This document shows, piece by piece, positions 18,896 to 26,890 of a stretch of 27,018 bases of DNA. The translations under genes were made by a program, and so were the position numbers. Origin of the DNA: a virus. Taxonomy: Duplodnaviria; Caudoviricetes. The stretch covers positions 1-27,018 of IMG/VR virus record IMGVR_UViG_3300009079_000101. One strand, 5' to 3'. Position 1 is the stretch's first letter. The number at the start of each line of letters is the position of its first letter. The notes beneath the pieces were generated by a model, which did not search any database, had not been told where the DNA came from, and was given only the letters and a program-made list of their open reading frames with translations.

Positions 18896-19196
18896 TATTG
18901 GAAGATTGTTTTGATTGATTTTGTGCTGTTATTATTACATCATTCCATTTGAAGTAATAATCGTCTATGGTAGTCCAATCGTGCAGTTCAGGACAATGTT
19001 TGGCTAAGGTTGTTATTGCTCTACGGACTTCGTCTTCTGTTCGGATGACAAGTGCGAAAAAACTAACTGCGAGTTCTTCGCTAATTCCTCCGCTTGTATC
19101 GTCATCTCCATAATCTTCTGCAAATACTGTTGGGTATCTCCTGCGGATTGTTTCAAAAAGGGAACTAACTCCTGCACTGGCATTTGCAAAAAAAAA
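18870..19196 (-). CDS. -1 frame extension of the tail assembly chaperone (gpT-like part of a G-T fusion)
   Basis: 108 sense codons (FFFANASAGVSSLFETIRRRYPTVFAEDYGDDD...GEGYDTI*) begin exactly at the U9 run after an in-frame TGA; the frame has no ATG/GTG/TTG start. Confidence 0.8.
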   Translation of the reverse strand, partial: FFFANASAGVSSLFETIRRRYPTVFAEDYGDDDTSGGISEELAVSFFALVIRTEDEVRRAITTLAKHCPELHDWTTIDDYYFKWNDVIITAQNQSKQSSNNGEGYDTI

Positions 19197-19675
19197 TCAT
19201 ACATGGATGCGTTTTTCTTCCAAAATTCAATCTTTTTTTGATTATATCCGTGTTCGTAATGCGTTGGACTTTCTGATTTGTCAAAGAATACCACACTCGC
19301 CAACTTGTAAATCAAATCCGAGTCAGTAATCATTGCCACACGCTCCTTTAGGTTAATATCCAATTGTGCTGACTGATTCAACAAAGCAATGGTCTTATTC
19401 AGGTCCAACTTATTATTCTTTACGCTCATTGAATCGATAATCTTCTGCCCAATGTTGGCTTTTGCTTCACAAAACGACATCAAGAAGTCCCTATCGCAGT
19501 TCATCTGCATCTCTCTGAAGAACGTAATGGCTGTTAGTCCTCTTTGGTAAGGTAGGTTAAACACATCATCGAATTGGTAGTATTCCACTCCACCACATAC
19601 AAATGCTTTCTTGATCCTATACTTGGAAGTAGGGACGGAAGCAAAGCGTAGTTTAAGTTTCTCAATAAAGTTCAT
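19013..19675 (-). CDS. Tail assembly chaperone (gpG-like, 220 aa)
   Basis: Upstream of the tape measure; contains the slippery GAT TTT TTT TTG. Confidence 0.75.
   Translation of the reverse strand: MNFIEKLKLRFASVPTSKYRIKKAFVCGGVEYYQFDDVFNLPYQRGLTAITFFREMQMNCDRDFLMSFCEAKANIGQKIIDSMSVKNNKLDLNKTIALLNQSAQLDINLKERVAMITDSDLIYKLASVVFFDKSESPTHYEHGYNQKKIEFWKKNASMYDFFLQMPVQELVPFLKQSAGDTQQYLQKIMEMTIQAEELAKNSQLVFSHLSSEQKTKSVEQ
19188..19196 (-). promoter_or_regulatory. Slippery site U UUU UUU for -1 ribosomal frameshifting
   Basis: A9 on the plus strand; correct X XXY YYZ phase in the chaperone frame. Confidence 0.8.
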
Positions 19676-19678
19676 CGG

Positions 19679-19930
19679 TTATGGCGTTAGTTTTGTCAAA
19701 GATACATCAAATATTTCATTATTGCCACTCAAAGACCTTCTCCCAAATTTGTCATAATATGCCCACGCTTTCTTGGTTGGGTAAATCTTTAAGACGGATT
19801 GTGGTAGTTCAGGATGCTTATATCTGCGTTCAGGATAGCCTGGACACATACACGAATGGAAATGCGTCCAACCCATTGTGAGCGCAAAGTTGTGCATCTG
19901 CTCCCCTGTTTGTAGGTTAGAATTGGTCAT
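19679..19930 (-). CDS. Hypothetical protein (about 83 aa; start revised to ATG 19930)
   Basis: This start reduces the overlap with the upstream gene to 14 nt; HSCMC motif. Confidence 0.55.
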   Translation of the reverse strand: MTNSNLQTGEQMHNFALTMGWTHFHSCMCPGYPERRYKHPELPQSVLKIYPTKKAWAYYDKFGRRSLSGNNEIFDVSLTKLTP

Positions 19931-20201
19931 AGGTTTTGTTAATAAGTCCGTTGAGAATTGCATTGCATCCAATGACGCAAGGGAAATAAAGCACGTTTGT
20001 GTAATCATTGGTGATGAAGATTAACCCTGTTGCACCCCAAAAACCACCCATACATACCAAACAATCGAATAACGGACTGCTCACGTAATGTGGTAGCATT
20101 GAACGGAATATGTTGCCGATACATCCTAAAAGGAAGCCATCGCGGAATACCATATTTACCCCTGTGCAAAATAGCGAGATGATGATTATTGCTTGTAACA
20201 T
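19917..20201 (-). CDS. Small membrane protein with CxxC (DUF1360-like, 94 aa)
   Basis: Hydrophobic segments and PLFDCLVCMGGFWG. Confidence 0.55.
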   Translation of the reverse strand: MLQAIIIISLFCTGVNMVFRDGFLLGCIGNIFRSMLPHYVSSPLFDCLVCMGGFWGATGLIFITNDYTNVLYFPCVIGCNAILNGLINKTYDQF

Positions 20202-20202
20202 A

Positions 20203-20574
20203 TTAATCGCCTATGATAGTTGCAGGTGGAACCACTCCTTCATAATGTTGGAACGATAATAGAACGCATTGTGTTAATACAACCCCCACATAAAAGTTAA
20301 GTGGAGTTAAATATTGCGTATTTAAGACACGCATCTTGAACATCCCGCTATGCTGTGTGAATAATCCTTCAGGAATATCTGCGTTACCTAAAACAGGGAT
20401 ATGAATCAATCCTACTGTCGGATATGGTTGCTCAATCAATGTGGTATAAACATTATCGAACTTATCGGTGAATTCGATTAGGTAATCTAATGATTCATCC
20501 AATCCGCTCCACTTCATTGAGATGAATTCAGGGCAGGATGGCAATGTGTACGTGACGCATTCTAAACAGGGCAT
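20203..20574 (-). CDS. Hypothetical protein (123 aa), possibly structural
   Basis: First gene below a TATATTTG box; N-terminal MPCLEC. Confidence 0.6.
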   Translation of the reverse strand: MPCLECVTYTLPSCPEFISMKWSGLDESLDYLIEFTDKFDNVYTTLIEQPYPTVGLIHIPVLGNADIPEGLFTQHSGMFKMRVLNTQYLTPLNFYVGVVLTQCVLLSFQHYEGVVPPATIIGD

Positions 20575-20592
20575 AATTTTAATATTTTAACA

Positions 20593-20600
20593 CAAATATA
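20593..20600 (-). promoter_or_regulatory. -7 box TATATTTG driving the tail-tip/portal operon
   Basis: Exact TAnnTTTG match 18 nt upstream of ATG 20574. Confidence 0.7.
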
Positions 20601-20631
20601 CTTATTCACATCAATTAGTGGAAAATAATTG

Positions 20632-20639
20632 TATTTTTG
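20632..20639 (+). promoter_or_regulatory. -7 box TATTTTTG for the candidate small RNA
   Basis: Exact TAnnTTTG match 5 nt before the first hairpin; no plausible plus-strand gene follows. Confidence 0.55.
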
Positions 20640-20643
20640 TTAC

Positions 20644-20714
20644 GCATTGCGGGGTGGTAGCCGTAGTGGTTGGTTATTGGGAAAGGGGGTGCAGAAATGT
20701 GCCTCCTTTTTTTT
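20644..20714 (+). ncRNA. Candidate ~70 nt small regulatory RNA
   Basis: Promoter box, hairpin CAUUGCGG/CCGUAGUG, unpaired GUUGGUUAUUGG and terminator hairpin. G-U pairs in both stems indicate a plus-strand transcript. Confidence 0.6.
20682..20714 (+). terminator. Intrinsic terminator GGGGGTGCA-GAAA-TGTGCCTCC-T8
   Basis: GNRA loop, three G-U pairs and a U8 tract; oriented opposite to terL. Confidence 0.8.
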
Positions 20715-21954
20715 ATTTAGCCTTCAGGAACCATCCCATAAAACTATTGCACCAATATCTGAACGTATCTAACGCATCCGCTTGTTGGCTTAAATCCGCA
20801 CGATTGCTCTTTTCAATCTTGCCATCCTCACTGATTTTCACGTTCTTCAGGTCATAAATCAATGCTTTTGCTTTTTTATCCTGGATTTGCACCCCATAAT
20901 TGGCTAACAAACTATTCACTAATACCTGATTCTCTTGAATTGGTGGATTTATAATCGGTTGGCGCATTTGTCCACTACCTAAACGCAATCGGGTACGAAT
21001 AACAGTATAATAGTTCAAATTGTCCTTTACTAATGCTGATGTGTTTCTTCCTGTAGCATCCCCTGTGACAATGTATAGACAATTTGGGTAGTATGATAGG
21101 ATGTAATCACATAATGCGTAAATGTCGGAATTTTCGAGCTTGATGGTTTCCAATACCCATATGGTCCTATCGTAATGCTGGACAACACTACACGAAATGG
21201 GATTCTTGTTAAAGTCAAATGATAGGTAAACAGGCTCATTTTTATTAAGGTTGATTGGTTGATCAGTAATGTGCTTTTTGCTATCAAATGCAAATGCCCA
21301 TAGCATTCCTTTCAAGTCCACATCCTCTGCCAAATATTCGCAACGGAAATAAAGGTCACTCATTGTTCGCCTGGCTGAATCTACCTCGCTTGATAGGATA
21401 TGCGGATTGTCATAAGTTGTAAACGTCCACGATTGCCATTCGTGGCTATATTCTTCATTATCCTTCAATCGACACAATTCCTTGAAATAGGTATCGCCAA
21501 ATTTAGGGGTGGATAGAAACCACGCATCCCCAACATAGTCGGTTAGTGTCGCACGGATGGTACCATTCCACGCCTGCTCTAACTTACGCGCCTTTTCGCA
21601 CTCATCAATCACCACGCGTTTGTACTTTCTGCCTCGTCCACTATCAGGCTCATCCAATGACCACATATCAATCACCCCACCTGTAATTAATCGTATTTGT
21701 TTCAACTGCTCATTCTTAGACGCAATAACTTCATAGCACGTTTCGGTTATTACGCGCCAAAAGTCGGATAAGTCCTTATAAGTTGGTGAATAGTATGCAA
21801 CAGGAAAGCCATCTAAAGCAGGCTCAATGATTAGTTCTTCTGCTAATGATGTCTTCCCAAATCTTCGACCACATTTTAGTACATTGAACCGCTTGGCAGT
21901 TTGAATGATGTGTTCCTGATTAACGTGCCTACTTTTTAATTTGACTGTCTTCAC
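20713..21954 (-). CDS. terL: Terminase large subunit (413 aa)
   Basis: Walker A CGRRFGKT, Walker B VVIDE, STP coupling motif, nuclease motifs FDFN, GDATG, DALDTFRY. Confidence 0.93.
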   Translation of the reverse strand: MKTVKLKSRHVNQEHIIQTAKRFNVLKCGRRFGKTSLAEELIIEPALDGFPVAYYSPTYKDLSDFWRVITETCYEVIASKNEQLKQIRLITGGVIDMWSLDEPDSGRGRKYKRVVIDECEKARKLEQAWNGTIRATLTDYVGDAWFLSTPKFGDTYFKELCRLKDNEEYSHEWQSWTFTTYDNPHILSSEVDSARRTMSDLYFRCEYLAEDVDLKGMLWAFAFDSKKHITDQPINLNKNEPVYLSFDFNKNPISCSVVQHYDRTIWVLETIKLENSDIYALCDYILSYYPNCLYIVTGDATGRNTSALVKDNLNYYTVIRTRLRLGSGQMRQPIINPPIQENQVLVNSLLANYGVQIQDKKAKALIYDLKNVKISEDGKIEKSNRADLSQQADALDTFRYWCNSFMGWFLKAK

Positions 21955-22204
21955 GAATTACTACAATTTTGTTATCGGTTACTGAAACATCGTTTTTCAT
22001 CTCGGTAGGTATTAGTTTCGATGCTATCTTGTAGAATTCGGTAGTGTTTTCTTTTGCCCAAGTAGTCAAATTTGCTCTTGGATCATCCTGAAGTTCTGAC
22101 ATAGTAGTTTGTACCATCTCTTTGAACTCCCTTGTTAATTTGCTGACTGCGCCTTTCGGTCTGCCTCCACGATTAATCGGTTGACCTTCTCCAAATTTTG
22201 CCAT
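21929..22204 (-). CDS. terS: Terminase small subunit (91 aa)
   Basis: F..GQ..N.GGRPKG N-terminal motif; overlaps the terL start. Confidence 0.75.
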   Translation of the reverse strand: MAKFGEGQPINRGGRPKGAVSKLTREFKEMVQTTMSELQDDPRANLTTWAKENTTEFYKIASKLIPTEMKNDVSVTDNKIVVIREDSQIKK

Positions 22205-22227
22205 AATTAGCCGTTTTTTTTCAGTTT

Positions 22228-22620
22228 TTAAGTGGTTAGGTAGTTATCCACAACTTCTCTAAATTCATCGAATGAATGACATATTTTGCATTCATAACCC
22301 AAAGATAGCATTTTTTCCATAAAGTGAACCTGTGATAAGGTTGGCTTTCCTCCTGGAGCCTTCATCTCAATGAATAATCCTGCAAATTTGCTATTAGGTT
22401 TTGGCATAAATAGGTCACTCACTCCTGCCAATAATCCTTCATCCTTTAACCTAACTGCTTCAATTACGTTTCTGCTCCCTCCGTTAGGGATAGAGAAAAT
22501 AATCAATTGCGGATAGGCGAATCTGAACCAACGCACACAATTCTTTTGAATATCGGATTCGTGGTGCTTGATTTTCTTTTTAGCAGGTGCTTCGGTGCTT
22601 TTATACTTATTCCAAGTCAT
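22228..22620 (-). CDS. VRR-NUC domain nuclease (130 aa)
   Basis: ESDIQ, IPNGG, GVSDL, FIEMK, T..Q motifs of the PD-(D/E)xK VRR-NUC family. Confidence 0.85.
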   Translation of the reverse strand: MTWNKYKSTEAPAKKKIKHHESDIQKNCVRWFRFAYPQLIIFSIPNGGSRNVIEAVRLKDEGLLAGVSDLFMPKPNSKFAGLFIEMKAPGGKPTLSQVHFMEKMLSLGYECKICHSFDEFREVVDNYLTT

Positions 22621-22712
22621 TAATCGTCATTTAGGGATTTAAACAATAGGATTAGTCCAATAATTAGTAACACGGTGCTAAATTCTAATAAAATTATGAT
22701 TTGATTATCCAT
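22620..22712 (-). CDS. 30 aa single-TM peptide (absent from the ORF track)
   Basis: MDNQIIILLEFSTVLLIIGLILLFKSLNDD*; overlaps the endolysin stop by 8 nt and the VRR-NUC start via TAATG. Confidence 0.6.
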   Translation of the reverse strand: MDNQIIILLEFSTVLLIIGLILLFKSLNDD

Positions 22713-23193
22713 AGATTGCTTTCCATACGTTAGGGGTGTATTTAACATAGGTCATCTTACCTAATAAGTTGCGTTTTGCTACCCACACCTCCTTTCGGTT
22801 AGGCTTGGATGATGTGTAGGAACAATGAATCCATTTAGGCTGTCCATTTAGGTAATCCTCAGCAATTAATTGATCAAATTCGACATTATTCAATAGAAAC
22901 AGGAATAATTCCTTGTTTGATTTGCCATTTGTCATTACAAGGTCCAATGCTTCGCCTTTTGTATGTTGGCTTGTTGGCTCTCCTCCTATCGCTGTATTCA
23001 ATTTTGGGCAACGATAACCACTACTGATGATGATTGGAACACCAAAATGCTCTCTTGCTGGCTCAAATATCTTTTTAGCAGTGACTAACAAATTGGCTAA
23101 CGCTTCCTTTGTAGGGGTGTTATCAATTCCTTTGCGCAATGCTGTACCGCTATGCGTCAATTCTGCGAGTGATAAGTGAGTGCTTACTTGCAT
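22705..23193 (-). CDS. Endolysin, peptidase M15 family (162 aa)
   Basis: ISSGYRC..LN..IGG..TSQH.KGEALD...WIH zinc peptidase motifs. Confidence 0.9.
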   Translation of the reverse strand: MQVSTHLSLAELTHSGTALRKGIDNTPTKEALANLLVTAKKIFEPAREHFGVPIIISSGYRCPKLNTAIGGEPTSQHTKGEALDLVMTNGKSNKELFLFLLNNVEFDQLIAEDYLNGQPKWIHCSYTSSKPNRKEVWVAKRNLLGKMTYVKYTPNVWKAIYG

Positions 23194-23212
23194 TTTAGTG
23201 TCATTTAATACT

Positions 23213-23220
23213 CAAAAGTA
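23213..23220 (-). promoter_or_regulatory. -7 box TACTTTTG for the endolysin-terminase operon
   Basis: Exact TAnnTTTG match 19 nt upstream of ATG 23193; identical to the box at 6885. Confidence 0.7.
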
Positions 23221-23279
23221 GTGGTTTTTGTGCGTTTTATGCTACATTATACCAATTTATTGTGATTAATGTACGATTT

Positions 23280-23882
23280 TTACCACTTTCCTTCTTTTAC
23301 TTCATAAAATCCAACTTTGTACTTGATTTGCTCATTATATAAACGGATTGCATCCTGCTCATCTTCGATCACCCAACCTACATTTAGGAATCTAACGCAA
23401 TCATCACAATTACAAGGTGACTTATCACGATAGATGCGCTTCCATATGCGTTGCAAAAACCAATCCATTGGAAGAATCTCCAATCCTTTCTTATTTTCTA
23501 ATGGATGAGTGGTCATCTCTGACTTCATCATCTCTGACCTATACTTTTTTAGATATCCTGCCATATAGTCGCGCATATATTGATTGCGCTTTTCTTTGCG
23601 GATATTGGCTGATTCTTCCTGGCTTTGAACAACTACATCTTCAGATGATGTTTTTTCTGCCTTTTTAACGCTTTTGCGCTTCTTAAATATTTCAGATGAT
23701 AGAATGTACTCTACTTCTCCGTTCTTGCGTCTAATCGGGAAAAAGGTGCTTCTGCTACTATCGTACATCATATTTACCTTGATATACATTGTGTCTTTCA
23801 GCACATACAATCGCTTTTCTTCATAATTAATGAAGTAATTGTGCATTGTTTCAAAATCAAATGTTTTTGGTTCGTAGTTCAT
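23280..23882 (-). CDS. Hypothetical basic protein (200 aa)
   Basis: In operon with the methyltransferase; Lys/Arg-rich helix (YMRDYM) and CNCDDC motif. Confidence 0.65.
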   Translation of the reverse strand: MNYEPKTFDFETMHNYFINYEEKRLYVLKDTMYIKVNMMYDSSRSTFFPIRRKNGEVEYILSSEIFKKRKSVKKAEKTSSEDVVVQSQEESANIRKEKRNQYMRDYMAGYLKKYRSEMMKSEMTTHPLENKKGLEILPMDWFLQRIWKRIYRDKSPCNCDDCVRFLNVGWVIEDEQDAIRLYNEQIKYKVGFYEVKEGKW

Positions 23883-23894
23883 ATTATTGGTTGG

Positions 23895-24857
23895 TTAAAA
23901 AAGTTTGGTTTGATTTAATAATGGTTGTATGCGCTTGTTGGCAATTTTGATATATTCTTCACTCATTTCACTACCGATGAATTGTCTATTGGCTCTGATG
24001 GATGCAATGGCTGTGCTTCCACTACCCATAAAAGGATCATAAATAATACCACCTTCAGGACATCCTGCTAAAATTGGTTTACGGATTAATTCATCATTAT
24101 ATTGAGCATAATGCTTTTCTCCGCTTGGTTTTGTATTTATATCCCAAAAATCAGCAACATCGCCTGGATTTTTGCCTAATGGATTAGAATATTTTTCTTT
24201 GCTTTGATACCTTGTTATTTTGCCAATTCTTCCTGCTTGTGCTGTGAATTGTGGCGTATTTTCTCCTTCAAATTCAACTTTGCTTTTAAAATTATCCCTA
24301 ATTATATCCAAATCAAAAAAATACTTCTCAGATTTTACCAAAAAAAAGAAATATTCGTGCTTTTTGCTAAATCTATCCGTTACACTTTCAGGCATTCCGT
24401 TTCTTTTTGCCCAAATAATATCATTTCTAACTATCCACCCACGTTCAATACAACCTATTGCAAATCTATGAGGAATTAATAAAAGACATTTATTTGGCAA
24501 ATTTTTAGGCTTAATTAATTTACCTGATTCACCTCTATTCGTTAAGTAAGTAGATTCAGAATTAAATTTATTCCCTTTTGCAATTGCTAAATTAGTTCCA
24601 CTTTGTGTTGAAAAACTATCACCTAAGTTAATCCATACTGTTCCTGATGGCTTTAATACACGATATATTTCATCCATCATTTCCCAAAGATGTTCAAGAT
24701 ATTCTTGGAAGGTTGGCTCTAATCCCCATTGACCTTCATATCCATAATCACGCAGTTGCCAATAAGGTGGTGATGAAATAACACAATCAATGGAATTATC
24801 TTCCATTTTTTTCAATGTTTCAAGACACGGTTCTTGGTAAATTTTATTTGTTTGCAT
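23895..24857 (-). CDS. DNA amino-methyltransferase, beta class, probably N4-cytosine (320 aa)
   Basis: Catalytic SPPY motif precedes the SAM-binding DPFMGSGST; no cognate restriction enzyme is recognisable. Confidence 0.9.
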   Translation of the reverse strand: MQTNKIYQEPCLETLKKMEDNSIDCVISSPPYWQLRDYGYEGQWGLEPTFQEYLEHLWEMMDEIYRVLKPSGTVWINLGDSFSTQSGTNLAIAKGNKFNSESTYLTNRGESGKLIKPKNLPNKCLLLIPHRFAIGCIERGWIVRNDIIWAKRNGMPESVTDRFSKKHEYFFFLVKSEKYFFDLDIIRDNFKSKVEFEGENTPQFTAQAGRIGKITRYQSKEKYSNPLGKNPGDVADFWDINTKPSGEKHYAQYNDELIRKPILAGCPEGGIIYDPFMGSGSTAIASIRANRQFIGSEMSEEYIKIANKRIQPLLNQTKLF

Positions 24858-24874
24858 TTTGTTTTGGTTATTGG

Positions 24875-26890
24875 TTAAAATCTAAATGGATTATCAACAT
24901 CAGGCACTCCATCACCATCCTCATCCTCAAAATCTAACTGCTCGCGCTGATACGTTGGTGTAGGTCGATTCATTGCTTCCTGCAAAGTAATAACGGAAGA
25001 TTTTAGGCTTTCAGGCATATTTTGACTGCCTCTCAAATAGGCAATAAAAGAATAACCATCCATATCTTCAAATCCAACTACCCCTTTGCGTGAACGTAAT
25101 TTAACAGGATTCTCAAATGGTGTAACCTGCCCCCCTGTTTCCGTTTCTTTTACCTTTCTAATATGCAATTCGGTTATGTTGTATGCTTCGATGTTCCCCA
25201 CTAAACGATGAATCGTAATAAATTCATCCGCTTTGTTGGCAAATTTGTTACCTCCTTCCGTATCTGATTTGCCTGGAGCAGGAATATCTCCCTTTCCAAA
25301 TCCGCGACCTGCTGAAGATACCACGTGCATATTAATGTAAATGGATAACTTGTGCATCTTAGTGAATAGTTTTATTTCACTGATGGCTCGGTAATGATAT
25401 TCGTGCGTATTCAACCCTGCTTTTGGATTCAATGTGATGTCTAACGCATTGTATGGATCAATCAGTAAAGAATGATATTTGCTATGCTGTAATTCATTTT
25501 CAGCGATGGCAAGAATGTCTTTATAATTGTACATTTCCTTATCTGACTTGATAACTATGAAATGCTTTTCGAGAAATTCCAATGCTTCATTAATCATATT
25601 ATCAGGCATCCCTTGAATTTCCATGCACCAATATAATTCAATCATCTTACGAAAAAAGGAAAATTCATCATTCTCTGCAGTATAGATTAGCCACTTCCAA
25701 TTATGGCGAATGGAGGAAAGCAAAGCCATATACCAAATCATTACCGACTTTCCTACGTTGTCGAATCCATTAATAATGACCAAATTGCCTTGCTTAAATC
25801 GGAAGTGCTTGTCAATTTCAGGATAGCCTGTGTCTAATCCCATTTCATACTTCCCATCTCGCCATTTCATAATGTTCTTGTAGTAATCCTCACGCTTGAC
25901 TAAATAATCGCGATTGTCAGGCTGTATGTTTACTTTGGTTGTGATGGTTAATGGTTCAGGTTGAACGCTAATGGTTTTATTTGTGTCCTTTTCACCATAT
26001 CCTTCTGCCATTAATTTACGTGCAGATGTTTGAAAATCCCCATTGCATTCCAACATCGCGTACACTGCGGATGGTTTGTAGCCTCGTTCAGGATCAAAGA
26101 TGGAAGATGTGGTGAATACGCTAAATAAATTCAAAGATGAATCATAGTTCCCTGATGTTTTAGCATCCGTTGAACCTGGACGCAAAAAGAATGTTTTAGT
26201 TCCTCTTGTTTCTACAATGCTCCATCCGTGTGACTGCAATAATCCTATGACATCCCCACGATTATCGTAATCTTCCCAAGATGCCAATCCTTTAATCTTG
26301 ATTTGCTCCGTCTTTTTGTATTCAGTAACTTCCTTGAATACTTCGTTAAACCTTCGTGCAATATTGTGCAGTAGCATTCGTTGGTCCACTCGGATAAGTT
26401 GAATATTATCCAAACCCCCTTGCACCATTTCATAGCCTGGCGATGGATGAACTGCTATTTGCCCACCTTCACCGCGTGTTTCAATTAATACCTTTATTTT
26501 ATCGCCATTTTCAATTTCTTCAATGGTTGCGTGACGCTGTGCTAACTTTAGATTTCCTTCAAAATATTTGCAACGATAAATGTAGTGAAATCCTCCATTC
26601 TTTGTCTTTTGAATGGTTAGCAATGGGTAAATGGTTGCATCCTCTTTGTTCAGGATTGAATTAAATCGTTTGATTAAATCGCCTGTGATGTCATATTTTA
26701 GGTCAAAGTCAATGACTTCCACCCCATCTGATAATTTACCACAAACTAAGCCAACGGAATGCGTATCTAATTCAAATTGCTCCGTGCTTGTTTGCCATCC
26801 TTTTGCTAATGGCTGTTTTTTGTCATTCAGTGGAATAAATTTGCAGTTGGTAATCTGCTTTAAATGGTTGTAGTTATTGGTTGTTCTCAT
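24875..26890 (-). CDS. Bifunctional primase-polymerase fused to an SF4 (DnaB/gp4-like) helicase (671 aa)
   Basis: N-terminal prim-pol motifs IDFD, T.NGG.HY, IETRGEGG; C-terminal Walker A GFDNVGKS, LLIDPYN, NKADEF. Confidence 0.8.
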   Translation of the reverse strand: MRTTNNYNHLKQITNCKFIPLNDKKQPLAKGWQTSTEQFELDTHSVGLVCGKLSDGVEVIDFDLKYDITGDLIKRFNSILNKEDATIYPLLTIQKTKNGGFHYIYRCKYFEGNLKLAQRHATIEEIENGDKIKVLIETRGEGGQIAVHPSPGYEMVQGGLDNIQLIRVDQRMLLHNIARRFNEVFKEVTEYKKTEQIKIKGLASWEDYDNRGDVIGLLQSHGWSIVETRGTKTFFLRPGSTDAKTSGNYDSSLNLFSVFTTSSIFDPERGYKPSAVYAMLECNGDFQTSARKLMAEGYGEKDTNKTISVQPEPLTITTKVNIQPDNRDYLVKREDYYKNIMKWRDGKYEMGLDTGYPEIDKHFRFKQGNLVIINGFDNVGKSVMIWYMALLSSIRHNWKWLIYTAENDEFSFFRKMIELYWCMEIQGMPDNMINEALEFLEKHFIVIKSDKEMYNYKDILAIAENELQHSKYHSLLIDPYNALDITLNPKAGLNTHEYHYRAISEIKLFTKMHKLSIYINMHVVSSAGRGFGKGDIPAPGKSDTEGGNKFANKADEFITIHRLVGNIEAYNITELHIRKVKETETGGQVTPFENPVKLRSRKGVVGFEDMDGYSFIAYLRGSQNMPESLKSSVITLQEAMNRPTPTYQREQLDFEDEDGDGVPDVDNPFRF

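Noticed and set aside
19232-19238. In-phase A AAA AAG slippery heptamer in the chaperone
   Set aside because: The -1 frame stops almost immediately (GAT TGA), so it cannot give the fusion; a minor truncated product is not excluded.
20649-20714. tRNA-like start GCGGGGTGG
   Set aside because: No D, anticodon or T arms and no acceptor pairing or CCA; it folds as two hairpins instead.
20618-20857. Plus-strand 79 aa ORF
   Set aside because: Crosses a strong same-strand terminator, starts upstream of the promoter box and is antisense to terL.
24340-24347. T8 run in the methyltransferase as a phase-variation site
   Set aside because: It encodes FFL in an AT-rich gene with an intact frame; no supporting evidence.
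22228-24857. Methyltransferase plus nuclease as a restriction-modification system
   Set aside because: The nuclease is a typical stand-alone phage VRR-NUC in a different operon; the methyltransferase appears orphan.
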